Positions 36,127 through 48,600 of a DNA stretch of 64,000 bases are shown in pieces. The notes below the pieces were generated by a model. The model was not told the origin of the DNA and did not search any database. It saw nothing but the letters and a program-made list of their open reading frames with translations. Every line of letters begins with the position of its first letter. Positions within the stretch are counted from its first letter, which is position 1. This DNA comes from Candidatus Omnitrophota bacterium. GTDB taxonomy: Bacteria > Omnitrophota > Gorgyraeia > Zapsychrales > Fredricksoniimonadaceae. The DNA lies in the NCBI GenBank assembly GCA_037131245.1, contig JBAXRK010000010.1, positions 3,397 through 67,396 of the forward strand, in the 5' to 3' direction. The position numbers and the translations under genes were made by a program.

Positions 36127-37287
36127 ATGGCTGATTGGATAGGTATTAACAGAAGGGCGCGCCGCTGTTATGGTTTTGACGATGTCGCTCTCGTTCCCGG
36201 TGACAAAACCATTAATCCCAATGAAGTCGATGTTTCCTGGTCTATAGGGAAAATTAAGTTTGATATCCCGATCCTGGCCGCGTCCATGGATGGTGTGGTG
36301 AACGTCAAGTTCGCTATCGAAATGGGTAAAATGGGCGGGGTGGCGTCGATCAATCTTGACGGTGTTCAGACCCGTTACGATAATCCCGATGAGATCCTCG
36401 AGCAGATCGCCGAATCTTCTCCGGAAGAGGCCACCAAGATCATCCAGAGCCTGTATTTGAAGCCGGTCAAGGAATCCCTGATCGCCAAGCGCATCGAGGA
36501 GATCAAGAAGCATAAGGTCCCCGCGGTCGTTAGCTGTATCCCGCAGAATGCTAAACGGTTCCATCAGATCGCCGAGGAAGCTGGTTGCGATATTTTCATC
36601 GTCCAGTCGACGGTTGCGACCGTGAAGCACGTTTCCAGCGAATACAAGGTGCTCGATATTGAAAAGTTTTGTAAAGAGTCCAAGATCCCGATCATGATCG
36701 GGAACACGGTGACTTATGATGTGACGCTTGAGCTCATGGAGATCGGTGCTTCCGCTATTCTCGTTGGTGTCGGCCCCGGCGCGGCGTGCACCAGCCGCGG
36801 GGTGCTTGGGATCGGCGTTCCGCAGATCACGGCGACCGTCGATTGCGCGGCCGCTCGCGATCATTTCTTCAAGCGTAAGGGCAAGTATATTCCGATCATT
36901 ACCGATGGCGGCATGCGTATCGGCGGCGAGATCTGCAAAGCGATCGCGGCTGGCGGCGATGCATGTATGGTCGGGTCCGCTTTTGCCAAGGCTTTTGAAG
37001 CGCCTGGTCGCGGGTATCACTGGGGTATGGCTACGTCGAACGCCAATTTGCCGCGCGGCACGCGCGTTAAGGTCGGGCAGGCGGGAACACTCAAAGAGAT
37101 CCTGCTCGGGCCGGCGAAAGTCGATGACGGTTCGCAGAACCTGGTTGGGGCGCTCAAGACCTCTATGGGGTCGCTTGGCGCGTCGAGGATCAAGGAAATG
37201 CATGATGTGGAGATCATTATCGCCCACTCCTTCCAGAGCGAAGGTAAGGTTTTTCAGATGAGCCAAAAAGTGGGTATGGGGAAATAA
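36127..37287 (+). CDS. IMP dehydrogenase family protein lacking the CBS pair (GuaB3-like)
   Basis: 386 aa. Motifs LAASMDGV, GVGPGAACTSR (Cys loop), ITDGGMRIGGEICKAIAAGGDACMVGS and YHWGMA. No ~120-aa CBS insert. Confidence 0.75.
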   Translation: MADWIGINRRARRCYGFDDVALVPGDKTINPNEVDVSWSIGKIKFDIPILAASMDGVVNVKFAIEMGKMGGVASINLDGVQTRYDNPDEILEQIAESSPEEATKIIQSLYLKPVKESLIAKRIEEIKKHKVPAVVSCIPQNAKRFHQIAEEAGCDIFIVQSTVATVKHVSSEYKVLDIEKFCKESKIPIMIGNTVTYDVTLELMEIGASAILVGVGPGAACTSRGVLGIGVPQITATVDCAAARDHFFKRKGKYIPIITDGGMRIGGEICKAIAAGGDACMVGSAFAKAFEAPGRGYHWGMATSNANLPRGTRVKVGQAGTLKEILLGPAKVDDGSQNLVGALKTSMGSLGASRIKEMHDVEIIIAHSFQSEGKVFQMSQKVGMGK

Positions 37288-37299
37288 AGAGAGGTATCA

Positions 37300-39036
37300 A
37301 TGCCGAAAGTCAATAAGCCGGTCAAAGCTGTCGCGATGAAGATCGCTAAACCGAAGTTCAAGGCCAAGCCCAAGTATCAGCTCAAGCTCAGGAAGCTCGC
37401 GCCGTCGTATAACAGCGCTTTCCGGGGTGAGAACAAGAAGGTCAGCCTTCTTAAGGGTAGTACGCGGACGCTTAACATTAAGGTGAAGAAGCCCCGTAGC
37501 CGCGATATCATTCTGGTCCTCGATTTCGGGTCGCAGTATACCCAGCTTATTGCCCGCCGCATCCGCGAGAGCAAGGTATTTAGTCAGATCGTTCCTTTTA
37601 ATATCACGCCCGAGAAGATCCGGGAAATGGGCGCCAAGGGCCTGGTTTTTTCGGGTGGGCCCATGAGCGTTTACGATAAGGACGCTCCGCAGCCTAACAA
37701 GGAAGTTCTTAAGATGGGCCTGCCGATCCTCGGCGTTTGCTACGGGATGCAGGTCATAACGCATATGATGGGTGGCAAGGTCAATAAGTGCAAAGACCGT
37801 GAGTATGGTCGCGCCGAGCTTTTTGTTGACAGCAATAAGGATCTCTTTTCCAATCTGCCGACTAACCTGACGTGCTGGATGAGTCATGGCGATGAGATCA
37901 TGCAGGTCCCGCCGGGTTTTGAAAAGATCGCGCATACCCTCAATAACAATTGCGCGGCGATCGCCAATCGTTCGAAAAAGATCTATGGCGTGCAGTTCCA
38001 TCCCGAGGTGGTCCATACGCAGCGGGGCTTAAATATCGTGCAGAATTTCGTGTTGGGCGTTTGCAGTTGCCTGCCGCGCTGGACCATGGACCGCTTTATT
38101 GACTCTGCGGTCAAGAAGATCCAGGAAACTGTCGGTAAGAAGAAAGTGGTGCTTGGACTTTCCGGTGGCGTTGATTCTTCCGTGGCCGCGATGTTGCTGC
38201 ATCGGGCGATCGGGAATAATTTGTACTGTATCTTTGTTGATAACGGCCTGCTGCGCAAGAATGAGGGCCAGTCGGTTTATAAGAATTATAAGGTCAATTT
38301 TAAGATGAACGTGATGATGGTCGATGCTTCCAAGCGCTTTATCACCGAGCTCAAAGGGGTGACGGATCCCGAGGAGAAGCGCAAGATCATCGGTCGCGTG
38401 TTCGTTGAGGTCTTTCAAGAGAACGCCAAGAAGATCAAGGGCGCGGAATTCCTGGCCCAGGGCACATTGTATCCTGATGTCATCGAATCTGTTTCTCCGA
38501 TCGGCGGGCCTTCCGCGGTCATCAAGAGCCATCATAACGTTGGCGGTTTGCCGAAGTCGCTTCATTTGGAATTGATCGAGCCGCTGCGTGATCTTTTTAA
38601 AGACGAAGTTCGCGCGATCGGCAAGGTCATGCAGATGCCGGAAGTCCTGCTCAAGCGCCAGCCTTTCCCGGGTCCGGGCCTCGCGATCCGTATTTTGGGC
38701 GATATTACTGAAGATCGTTTGAACGTATTGCGTGAAGCCGATGAGCGGGTTATGGAAGAAGTCAAGCGCTCCAACCTGTACAATGAGATCTGGCAGTCGT
38801 TCGCGATCTTGTTGCCGATCAAGACAGTGGGGGTCATGGGCGACCAGCGCACCTACGAGAATGTGATCGCCATCCGCTGCGTTTCCAGCGTCGACGGGAT
38901 GACCGCCGATTGGGTTCAGCTGCCGTATGAGCTGATGGGCAAGATGTCGAACCGTATTATTAATGAGGTTCGTGGCGTGAACCGTGTGGTTTACGATATA
39001 AGTTCCAAGCCGCCGGCTACCATTGAGTGGGAATAA
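37300..39036 (+). CDS. guaA: GMP synthase (glutamine-hydrolysing) with a ~60-aa lysine-rich N-terminal extension
   Basis: [36 protein letters not shown] and a C-terminal ATIEWE. Strong SD (AAGAGAGG) 5 nt before the ATG at 37300. Confidence 0.9.
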   Translation: MPKVNKPVKAVAMKIAKPKFKAKPKYQLKLRKLAPSYNSAFRGENKKVSLLKGSTRTLNIKVKKPRSRDIILVLDFGSQYTQLIARRIRESKVFSQIVPFNITPEKIREMGAKGLVFSGGPMSVYDKDAPQPNKEVLKMGLPILGVCYGMQVITHMMGGKVNKCKDREYGRAELFVDSNKDLFSNLPTNLTCWMSHGDEIMQVPPGFEKIAHTLNNNCAAIANRSKKIYGVQFHPEVVHTQRGLNIVQNFVLGVCSCLPRWTMDRFIDSAVKKIQETVGKKKVVLGLSGGVDSSVAAMLLHRAIGNNLYCIFVDNGLLRKNEGQSVYKNYKVNFKMNVMMVDASKRFITELKGVTDPEEKRKIIGRVFVEVFQENAKKIKGAEFLAQGTLYPDVIESVSPIGGPSAVIKSHHNVGGLPKSLHLELIEPLRDLFKDEVRAIGKVMQMPEVLLKRQPFPGPGLAIRILGDITEDRLNVLREADERVMEEVKRSNLYNEIWQSFAILLPIKTVGVMGDQRTYENVIAIRCVSSVDGMTADWVQLPYELMGKMSNRIINEVRGVNRVVYDISSKPPATIEWE

Positions 39037-39050
39037 AGATTGAACTTATG

Positions 39051-39099
39051 GGCCCCGGAGGTTATGCTTGCGGCATGACCTTCGGGGTCTTTTTATTTT
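39051..39099 (+). terminator. Rho-independent terminator after guaA
   Basis: GGCCCCGGAGG...CCTTCGGGGTC stem (one mismatch, one G-U) with inner ATGC/GCAT pairing, followed by TCTTTTTATTTT. Confidence 0.75.
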
Positions 39100-39128
39100 A
39101 GTGTTGCTATTCTTCCGGGTCTTTTATC

Positions 39129-42100
39129 ATGTCTTTTGTCCATCTCCATCTTCATACCCAATTTAGCTTGCTCGACGGTGCTTGCCGTGTTAAAGACCTG
39201 ATGAAGCGGGTCGGCGAACTGCAGATGCCGGCGGTCGCCATGACCGATCACGGCAACATGTTCGGCGCGCTCGATTTTTATGAGGAAGCGAAAGCCAAAG
39301 GGATAAAGCCGATCATCGGCTGCGAGGCTTATGTCGCGGCGGGCGGCCGTTTCGAGAAAACCTCCGGGGAGCAGCGCGGAACCCATCATCTGATCCTGCT
39401 GGCGAAAGATGCCGACGGGTATGCCAATCTGATGAAGCTCGTGTCCATCGGTTTTCTGGAAGGGTTCTATTATAAACCCCGGATCGACAAGGATGTCCTG
39501 GCCCTTCACGCGAAAGGCCTCATCGGTCTTTCGGCCTGCCTGAAAGGGGAAGTAGCTTCCCGTCTTTCCGCCGGTAAATATGACGAGGCGCTGCGCGCCG
39601 CCGATGATTACCGCACGATCTTCGCCCCCGGCGATTTCTATCTAGAAACGATGGATCACGGCATTGCTGACCAGAAGATGGTCAATGAAGGCCTGATCAA
39701 ATTATCGCGCGACCTGAGCCTTCCGCTCGTCGCTACTAATGACGTTCATTACCTTTTGCCCGAACACGCTGAAGCCCATGATACGTTGTTGTGTATCCAG
39801 ACCCAGACGACGCTTAATGACCCCCGGCGCATGAAGATGAACTCTGACCAGTTTTATCTTAAAAGCGCGGAGGAAATGGCGGCGCGTTTTGCCTGGGCGC
39901 CTCAGGCGATCACCAATACGCTTGAGATCGCTGACAAGTGTAATTTGAAGCTTAAGTTCGGTGAGTATCATCTGCCGGCCTATGACACACCACCGGGCGA
40001 GACCAATAAAACGTATTTGCGCTCGTTGTGCCTTAAGGGTGCCGGGGAGCGTTACGGGGAAGACCTTCCAGCGGTAGTGACCGAGAAGCTTGATTTTGAA
40101 TTAAAGACCATCGAGGAATTGGGGTTTGTCGGTTATTTTCTTATTGTCTGGGATTTTGTTAATTATGCCAAAAGCCAGGGGATACCCGTCGGGCCAGGGC
40201 GAGGTTCGGCTGCCGGCAGCCTGGTGAGCTATTTACTGGGCATTACGGACCTTGATCCGATCAAGTATTCCCTGTTCTTCGAGCGGTTCCTTAACCCGAA
40301 CCGTAAAAGCATGCCGGATATCGATATTGATTTTTGTTTCGAACGGCGCGGGGAAGTGGTGGATTATGTGACGCGCAAGTACGGGCGCGATAGCGTGGCC
40401 CAGATCATTACGTTCGGTACCATGCAGGCCAAGGCCGTTATTCGTGACGTCGGCCGGGCATTCGCGATCCCTTACACCGATGTTGACCGTATCGCCAAAC
40501 TGATCCCCGACCGGTTGATCGACGATGAAGGGAACCCCAAACATATTACGATCGACCTGGCCCTAGAGAATGAACCGCAGCTGCGTGAATTGATCCAGCA
40601 GGATGCCACGGCCAGGAAGTTGATGGATGTAGCGCGCGTCCTGGAGGGCCTCAGCCGTCACGCGTCGGTCCACGCGGCCGGCGTGGTCATATCCGACAAA
40701 CCTCTGGTTGAGTATTGTCCGCTGTATAAAGCTGATGAGCAGATCACGACCGCGTTCACGATGAAAGGGGTGGAGAAGATCGGTCTCTTGAAGATGGATT
40801 TTCTCGGTCTTAAAACGCTTACCTTGATCGCTGACGCGCTACGGATCATCAAAGAGACCGTCGGTGTGGATATCGATATTCGCAAGATCCCGCTGGATGA
40901 CAAAAAGGCTTACGAGCTCTTAAGCCGCGGGGAGAGCGCCGGCGTGTTCCAGGTGGAGAGTGACGGCATGCGAAGCCTTCTCATCCGCAGCAAGCCGACG
41001 GAATTCGAGGATATTATTTCACTTTTGGCGCTGTATCGCCCCGGCCCCATGGGTAGCGGCATGCTTGATGATTTTGTTAAGCGCAAGCGTGGCGAGGATG
41101 AAGTTAAATATCTTCATCCTAAGCTTGAGCCGGTCCTCAAGAATAGTTACGGTGTTGCTATTTATCAGGAACAGGTTATGCAGATGGCCTGTATCCTCGC
41201 GGGTTTTTCCATGGCGCAAGCCGATGACCTCCGCCGGGCGATGTCGAAGAAAAAAGTCGAGGAAATGGCCAAGATGCGCGACTTATTCGTGCAAGGCGCC
41301 AAGTTGACCAATGACATCAATCCTGACGAAGCGAATCGGCTGTTCGACTTGATCGATAAATTTGCCGGTTATGGGTTCAACCGTTCCCATTCGGCAGCGT
41401 ATGCCGTGGTCACCTATCAGACGGCTTATTTGAAAGCGAATTATCCCACACAGTTCATGTGCGCGCTGTTGACCAATGAAAAAGATAATACCGACAAGAT
41501 CGTGGAGTATGTTGATGCCGCCGAGGCGATGGGTATCGATGTCATGCCGCCGGATATCAATGAAAGCGGTACCGTGTTCAACGTGGCCGGCCTAAAGAAG
41601 ATCCGCTATGGCCTGCTCGGCGTGAAGAATGTGGGCGGCGCGGCGATCGAAACGATGACCCGCGAGCGCACCCAGAACGGGCCGTTCAAGTCGATCTTTG
41701 ATTTCTGCAAACGGGTTGACCTCAGGACCAATAACCGTAAAGTGATCGAGTCTTTGATCAAGTCAGGGGCTTTTGACTCAACGGGAGCGCGGCGCTCGCA
41801 GATGCTGGCTGTGATCGAGCAGGCTTTAAATCTGGGGACCAGCCGGCAAAAAGAGCAGTCGGCCGGACAGTTTTCCTTTTTCTCCATGGGGGAGGATTCC
41901 GGCGGCTTCACCCGCGAGAGCGAGTATTTTCCGGAGATCCCGGAACTTGCGCCGCCTCTTCTGCTGGCGTTTGAAAAAGAATTGCTCGGGTTTTATTTAA
42001 GTGGGCATCCGCTCGACCGGTACAAGGTTGAAATGCGTACGTTCACGAACACGAATTCGCAGAAACTTTCCGGCATGAAACAGGACAGCGGTGCGGTTTT

Positions 42101-42581
42101 GATCGGGATGATCACGGATGTGCGCGCGACGGTGACGAAGAAAGACGGCCGGCGGATGGCGATCCTGCGGTTGGAGGATATGCATGGGAAGATCGAGGCA
42201 GTGGTCTTTCCGGATGCTTTTGAACGGGTAGTAGGCAATATTCGCGACGGAGCGGTGGTCCTTATTAAAGGCAAGGTCAGCCTGCGCGATTCCGGCCCCA
42301 ATGTTATGGTCGATGATTTGCAGGATATCGGCTCCATCTACAATGCGGTCCGCACCATCAGGATCGATATGACCAAGACCGATCCGGCCCGGCTTAAGCT
42401 TATCAAGCAGAAACTGGAACGTTTTCCCGGCAAGGTGCCGGTGCATCTGCAGATCGACACGAAGAATTTCCGCAGTGTCGAGATCAAGGTGGGCAATCAG
42501 CTGCATGTTTCTCCCAGTGAAGTCCTGATGGAAGAGATCAAAAGGATCGTAGGGGAAGAAGCCTTTAAATTCATCGTTTGA
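39129..42581 (+). CDS. dnaE: DNA polymerase III alpha subunit
   Basis: 1150 aa. PHP start FVHLHLHTQFSLLDG. Also GRGSAAGSLVSY, PDIDIDF, LKMDFLGLKTL, FNRSHSAAY and an OB-fold C-terminus. Confidence 0.97.
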   Translation: MSFVHLHLHTQFSLLDGACRVKDLMKRVGELQMPAVAMTDHGNMFGALDFYEEAKAKGIKPIIGCEAYVAAGGRFEKTSGEQRGTHHLILLAKDADGYANLMKLVSIGFLEGFYYKPRIDKDVLALHAKGLIGLSACLKGEVASRLSAGKYDEALRAADDYRTIFAPGDFYLETMDHGIADQKMVNEGLIKLSRDLSLPLVATNDVHYLLPEHAEAHDTLLCIQTQTTLNDPRRMKMNSDQFYLKSAEEMAARFAWAPQAITNTLEIADKCNLKLKFGEYHLPAYDTPPGETNKTYLRSLCLKGAGERYGEDLPAVVTEKLDFELKTIEELGFVGYFLIVWDFVNYAKSQGIPVGPGRGSAAGSLVSYLLGITDLDPIKYSLFFERFLNPNRKSMPDIDIDFCFERRGEVVDYVTRKYGRDSVAQIITFGTMQAKAVIRDVGRAFAIPYTDVDRIAKLIPDRLIDDEGNPKHITIDLALENEPQLRELIQQDATARKLMDVARVLEGLSRHASVHAAGVVISDKPLVEYCPLYKADEQITTAFTMKGVEKIGLLKMDFLGLKTLTLIADALRIIKETVGVDIDIRKIPLDDKKAYELLSRGESAGVFQVESDGMRSLLIRSKPTEFEDIISLLALYRPGPMGSGMLDDFVKRKRGEDEVKYLHPKLEPVLKNSYGVAIYQEQVMQMACILAGFSMAQADDLRRAMSKKKVEEMAKMRDLFVQGAKLTNDINPDEANRLFDLIDKFAGYGFNRSHSAAYAVVTYQTAYLKANYPTQFMCALLTNEKDNTDKIVEYVDAAEAMGIDVMPPDINESGTVFNVAGLKKIRYGLLGVKNVGGAAIETMTRERTQNGPFKSIFDFCKRVDLRTNNRKVIESLIKSGAFDSTGARRSQMLAVIEQALNLGTSRQKEQSAGQFSFFSMGEDSGGFTRESEYFPEIPELAPPLLLAFEKELLGFYLSGHPLDRYKVEMRTFTNTNSQKLSGMKQDSGAVLIGMITDVRATVTKKDGRRMAILRLEDMHGKIEAVVFPDAFERVVGNIRDGAVVLIKGKVSLRDSGPNVMVDDLQDIGSIYNAVRTIRIDMTKTDPARLKLIKQKLERFPGKVPVHLQIDTKNFRSVEIKVGNQLHVSPSEVLMEEIKRIVGEEAFKFIV

Positions 42582-42685
42582 CCCGCCCTTTAAATATTTC
42601 AATAAATCAGCCTTTAAATACGCCTATTTGTTAAGATTTATTCAAGGGTTCTTTTGAATTCAAATAACAAATAGTATTCTTTTAA

Positions 42686-45600
42686 ATGCCTCAGAGGTCA
42701 TTCATTAAAAACTTCTGGCGAGCCGCGGCGTATTATGTCTCCTTTGCCGGGCTTTTCTTCCTGGTAGCTATGACGGCCTGGGGGGCGGGTATCTCTGTCC
42801 CTCCGAATTCCCAACTGAAAGTCAATGGCGGCATTCTTCATGTTGAGCTGGCCAATAATTCCGGCGACGTGGTCAATGCCGGTATTATCGAGCTCGACAC
42901 CGGCCGGATCATGCTTAACGGCAGCTGGACCACGGATGGCCCTTCGGCTTATTTGCTGGGAGGAGCCGGGACGGTTGAGTTTACCGCAGCGACCGGGACG
43001 CAGTTCATTACGCCTGGTTCTAACATCAATGACGGATTTTTTGACCTTATTCATAGCGGCGCGGCAGATCTGGAGCTTATCAGCCATGCGGTCAGTATCG
43101 ACGGCAGTTTCAGCAATCTGGTGGGGACGTTCAAGACCAATGGCTTGAATATGGCGGTCGGAGGGAATTGGCATAATGTTTCCTTCTCGTCGTTCATTTC
43201 AGGCTCGGCCACCGTTGCTTTTGACGGCGGAGACCAGGTGATATCCGGTGAAACGTCATTTTATAATTTTACCAAAGTTTTGACGGCCGCCGGCCCCCGG
43301 ACACTGACCTTCCCGGCCGGGTTGCAGCAAAAAGTGGGGCGGTTGTTGATGCTTAGGGGCTTTAATGATGTTGATAACCTTAGCCTACGCAGCAGCACAG
43401 ATACGGTGCAGGCGCAGCTATCCCTGCTGACCAACGGTATTCAGGATATTAATGCGGTCAACGTGAAAGATAACAATGCCAGTGGCGGGGTCACCTTGAT
43501 CGCGCGCGGCTTATCGTCAGTTAACGCGGGGAATAATGCGAACTGGCAATTCGGAGCGGTCGCCGTCAAATGGGATGGGTCGGAAGACACGGATTGGAAT
43601 AATCCGTTCAACTGGAATATCGGCTTGGTTCCGGGCCCGCAGGATACGGCGATTGTCCGCGCCGTGGATGAGGACAATGGTTCTCTGCCGATCACGCATC
43701 AGCCGGTGTTGACCGTGGTTTCTCCGGTCACTGGCCTCGCTGTTGTCAATCATGTGGGAGCTCTCAAGATATCCTCGGGGGCGACCCTGACGCTTGATCA
43801 GCACGATATGATCGTTACGGGGACTTTTACAAATGACGGCACGCTTGTTATCAGCGGTGATGAAACCCTGGGTGCTGCCAGCATCAGCGATGACGGGACG
43901 TTCATGTATTACGGCGTGCCTGGGAGCAAATCGACCATTACGCTGACCAAGACCTTTAAGATCGCCGGGAATTACCTTACCACGTTCAACAATCTGACCA
44001 TCCACGAGCAGGCTTCCGGTCCTTTTGAATCTGATAGTTTCACGACGGATGCTCCCTTGACCGTGAGCCAGGGGTTCTCGCTGGAGGTGGGTGGATTTAC
44101 TATTGGGCAGGACCTGACATTGTTCGCGCATAATGCATTAACCGCTACGGGAGGAACGTTCACCATCGCCGGTGATGTCAGTGTGACAGGTGTTATGCGC
44201 GTTGCCGGTAGCGCGCTTTCCATGGTCAGCAGCGCGTCAACGCTTAGCAGTCTGCTGGATATGGACCTAGTGTCGGGGACGGTGGATGCCGAGCTTGGGA
44301 ATATACGGGCGAAGAATATCAATATTGCCGGAGGCACGCTGCTGGCACCCGGCACGGGACGTTCTTTCGCGATCTCCGGAGATTTTACTCATTCCGCCGG
44401 GACATTTACCCATAAGAACGGCACGGTAGTCTTGGATGGTGCGTCGGATAGCGCGGCAACCGACCAGGTGATTTCCGGTGACACGTCATTTTACGACGTG
44501 GTCAAGCAGGTTCCCGCATCAGCTTTCCCGGGTCAGCGCTTGACCTTCGCTGCGGGCACCACCGTGACCGTTGGTGATTATTTGACCCTGTCCGGAGGGG
44601 TGGATGCGGCGCATTTGCTGCTTATCCGCAGCACGACCGGGGTGGCAGGTAACTTGAAACTGGTGGTCAATGCCGGGCAGAGCATTTCAAACGTGGATGT
44701 GGCGAATAATGCGGCGACCGGGTTGACGTTAATAGGGCGGAATTTTTCCAAGAGCAGCGGCAATACGCCTAACTGGAAGTTCGTCAATGGGTCGCTTACC
44801 TGGGATGGTTCACAATCCGCGGATTGGAATGATCAGCGTAACTGGGACTTGGGTGTGGTTCCGATCCCCAATGACAGTGTGGTCATTACCAATGGTGTCA
44901 CGGTTGACTTCCAGCCGGCCCTTTCCAGTGATGTGACGGTCGGTGACCTGGCCCTCTTCGTGCCTTCCGCGAATTTGATCCTCGCCGGCCATAATATCAC
45001 GGTCCATAACACGATCACGTCTTCGGGAACGCTGTCCAATGAAGGGACGATCTATCTGCGTGGAACGGAGAGCGTCGCGATCGATGCGCCCGATGTGGAT
45101 TCCGGGCTGTTCGTGTATCAGGGGGATAATGTCAGCAGCGTTAAATCGATCACCTCGCTCGGGCCGAATACGTTCTATAATCTCAAGATCAGCGATCATA
45201 ACGGGAATCTTTCGAACTTTACGTTGACGACCGATATGACCCTCCACGGATCTTTGACCGTCGACGGCGGCACGTTGACAGCCAGCGGGTACAGCATGGA
45301 TATTACGGGCGATGTCTCCTTGACAGGGGGGACGTTTATCGCGCCGGGTACCGGCAAAACTTTGTTTGTCGGTGGGAATTTCAGCCATTCTTCGGGTTTA
45401 TTTACGAATAGTTCCGGCTCGGTCTCCTTCAACGGATCCTCGGCTTCGGTGGCGAAAGATCAGGCGATATCTGGGGATACGACCTTTTATGAGTTTATCA
45501 AGCAGGTCCCCATCGGCGCTTTCCCGGGCCAGAAATTAACCCTGGCTCACGGGTCGACGCAAACGGTGCAGAGCCACCTGGTCCTTGAGGGCTTAACACA

Positions 45601-48600
45601 GGTCGATCCGCTCTTTATCCGTTCAGATGCCGGAGGGTCAGCTGCCAACCTTCAGTTGTCCGTTGGTGGATTGCAGACGATCCGATCGGTCGATGTCAGG
45701 GATAATACGGCTTTGGCTGTGACTCTGGTGGCCCGTGCATCGCCGGATAACGCGGCACTCAATAACACGAACTGGATATTCGGCGCGCCGGAATTGAAAT
45801 GGGATGGGTCAGCTTCGACGGATTGGGGTGATCCGCTTAATTGGGACCTCGGCCTTGTCCCGGTGTCGGGCGATGGCGCCGTCATTCGCTTGGTCGATCC
45901 CTTGACCGTGCCGCCGAACCTCACGATCATTAATCAGCCGGTCCTGACCTCGCATTCAGGCGCGGTGTCGCTGCAGAACCTGACACTTTCTTCCGGCACC
46001 ACGTTGACGCTTGACGGGTATGGCTTGACGGTCTCGGGCGCGTTGACCAACGACGGCAATATTATCGCCAAAGGCAGTGAGGCGATGACTATTGCGAATG
46101 CCGATACCCTTCATGGCACGTTCACCTATGCCGGTGACGATACGGTAGCGGGGGTGCTCACTCTGAGTCCTTTTGGTGCCTTGCCGGCAGTAAATTTTTA
46201 TCATGACCTGGTGATCACGGATGCCGGCCTACCGAATATTTTGCGCAGCCCGGCGCAGACGGGGCTGCATGTGTTTGGCAACTTGACGGTGTCTTCCGGC
46301 GAGCTGGATGTATCAACCGGCAGTGATTCCTTGATCGTTGACGGTAATATGCTGATCTCTTCCGGGGCATCCCTGGAAGCTCAAGGGGGCGCCATTGACC
46401 TGCAGGGATCGGCGACGGTGCTTGGCAAGCTTTCTGCTCCCGGCGCGGGACGGTTATTTACCATTGGTGGAAGCTGGTCGTTTGACCCCGCGGCGACGCT
46501 TACCGTGAACAATGGCCGGGTGACTTTTGATACCTCCAATGCCACGACCTTGAGCGGGAATACATCATTTTATGATCTGGCCATGTTGTCGAATAGCGCG
46601 AAAGCGGTCTTTTTTCAGGCGGGCAGCGTCCAAACCGTTGCGCATGGGCTTAACCTCCAAGGTGGAGAGAATGGGCTCATGGCCCTGCGTTCTACAGTTG
46701 ATGGAAATCCCTGGAGGTTGCAGCTCAGTTATATGACCGGGGATGCGATCGCTGTGCCGAATACCGTGGCCGGGTGGGTGGATGTTAAGGATTCTGTCGC
46801 GGCCGGGCCTTTTGTCAGGCCTTTTTATATCACGGCGATCAACTCGGTCGATCAGCAGGTGGGAGGGCACTCGAGTAATTCCGGCTGGATCATTATCAAA
46901 TTGTTCCTGATCGCTCCCGAGGACAATCGTGTGGTCGGTATCAGGCCGGTCGTTATCGGCCAGACCGGCGCGAGCACGGCGTATACCATCAGGGACCTTT
47001 TTGGCAATATCGTGGCTTCAGGCACGTCAGATAGCCGTGGCTATTTCCGCAGCGCGCTTTCGGCTGACCTGGCGCTGGGCACGAACCAGGTAACGCCCTA
47101 TTACGAAAATGTGCCTGGCCTTTCCAGTGATGTGACGGTAGATGCCGCGCCGACCACGGCCCAGGTCCCGGTGATCACGTTGCCATCGCCGGGGAAGAAC
47201 CTGGCGACCGATTTCCCGGTCATGGTTGGTTCGGCCAAGCCCAATACCGCGGTCTACGCGGTGGCAAATAACAATACGATCGATCTGCCGTTGACCTTGC
47301 CGCTGACAAGTGCCGCGGGCAGTTCTACGGCGGATGCCGCCGGCCATTATTCTTTTGCGCTGACGACTCAGCTCAAGCGCGGATTGAATCATATCTCTAT
47401 CGTGTCGGACGGCGTGTCGAGCGCGATCAATACGTACGCGCTTAGCGATCTTTCCGGGTATCTGTTTGACGCCACGACAAATAATCCTATCCGCAAGGCT
47501 AAGGTCAAGCTTTACAAACTGAATGCCAGCGGTCAGAGGGTCGCGGTCGATCTGACGGATATACCGCCCACCCAGCCTAATCCTGTTTTAACGGTCGATG
47601 ATGGCATTTACGACGGGTTTTATGATTTTCGCGTCATCAATCTTGATCCGACGGTCAAGTATGTCCTTGATGTGGAGGAGCCCGGTTATACGTTCCCGAC
47701 CGCGATGGCCGATAACGCCCAATTGCCGGCCGGGCACTCGATCGTGGTCGGTTCCCGAGGTGAAGCGATAACCCTGGCGGACTTTATCAAGCAGATCGAC
47801 CTGCCGGTGGATGCCAATCAATTCCTGTTTAAGGTCACCAAGGACGTGAACAAGGCGGAAGCCAGGATCGGCGATGTGGTGACCTATACGGTCACGGTGG
47901 AGAGCCTCTCAAACCAGAATACTGTCTTGTCAACGAAGTTGAATGATATCATCCCGCCCGGGTTCAAGTTCATGGAAGGACGGGTCCATTACGGCGACGG
48001 ATCGCCTGTTGAAGTGTCCGGTAACCGGCCGCTGTTGTTTAAGACCGGCACGTTTACCGCTCGACAGATCAAGGTCCTGAAGTATCAACTGGTCATTGGC
48101 GCGGGAGTTGCTCCCGGCGATTATGTTAATACGGCGTTCATGAAGTATGACAATGGGTCTGTTATCTCTAACCGGGCGAATGAGACGGTGAAAGTGGTCA
48201 TGGACCCGCTGTTCGATGCCGGCACGGTTTTCGGTAAGGTTTTCTGGGATCTTAACGAGAACGGCCGCCAGGACCCCCCTGAATATGATCTTGAGAACCG
48301 TCAGGAGATCATCGAAGGCCCCGTGCCGAATGTTCATCTGGTCATGGAGGACGGGACCAGCATTACCGCCGACAAGAATGGGCAGTTCCATATTCCGGGG
48401 CTGCTGGCCGGGCGGCATGTGGTCATGCTCGATCAGCGCAGCCTGCCGAAAGGGGCTTTCCTGACGACAGAGAAAGCCCCGGTCATTGATGTGACCCCCG
48501 GCATGCCGATCAAGCTGAACTTCGGCGTTAACATGGGCAATGATCAGGTTGTGGGTGAAGATGTTCAGTTCTTTGACCGGAACTTGAAGATCGAGCAGTC

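Noticed and set aside
36118-37266. 382-aa minus-strand ORF exactly antisense to the guaB-like gene
   Set aside because: The plus-strand frame carries clear IMPDH-family motifs. The antisense product is Arg/Asp/Leu-rich with no motif. This is a typical shadow ORF.
37483-37485. Alternative GTG start for guaA that would remove the basic extension
   Set aside because: No SD precedes it, whereas the ATG at 37300 has AAGAGAGG at ideal spacing. It is kept as an open alternative in the findings rather than adopted.
42663-42680. ATAACAAATA(G/C)TA similarity between the giant-gene upstream region and the paralog 1 upstream region (13137-13150)
   Set aside because: The match is short and AT-rich. No GAAAACGTTTTC palindrome accompanies it, and the hexamer spacing is incompatible. 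It is likely chance.
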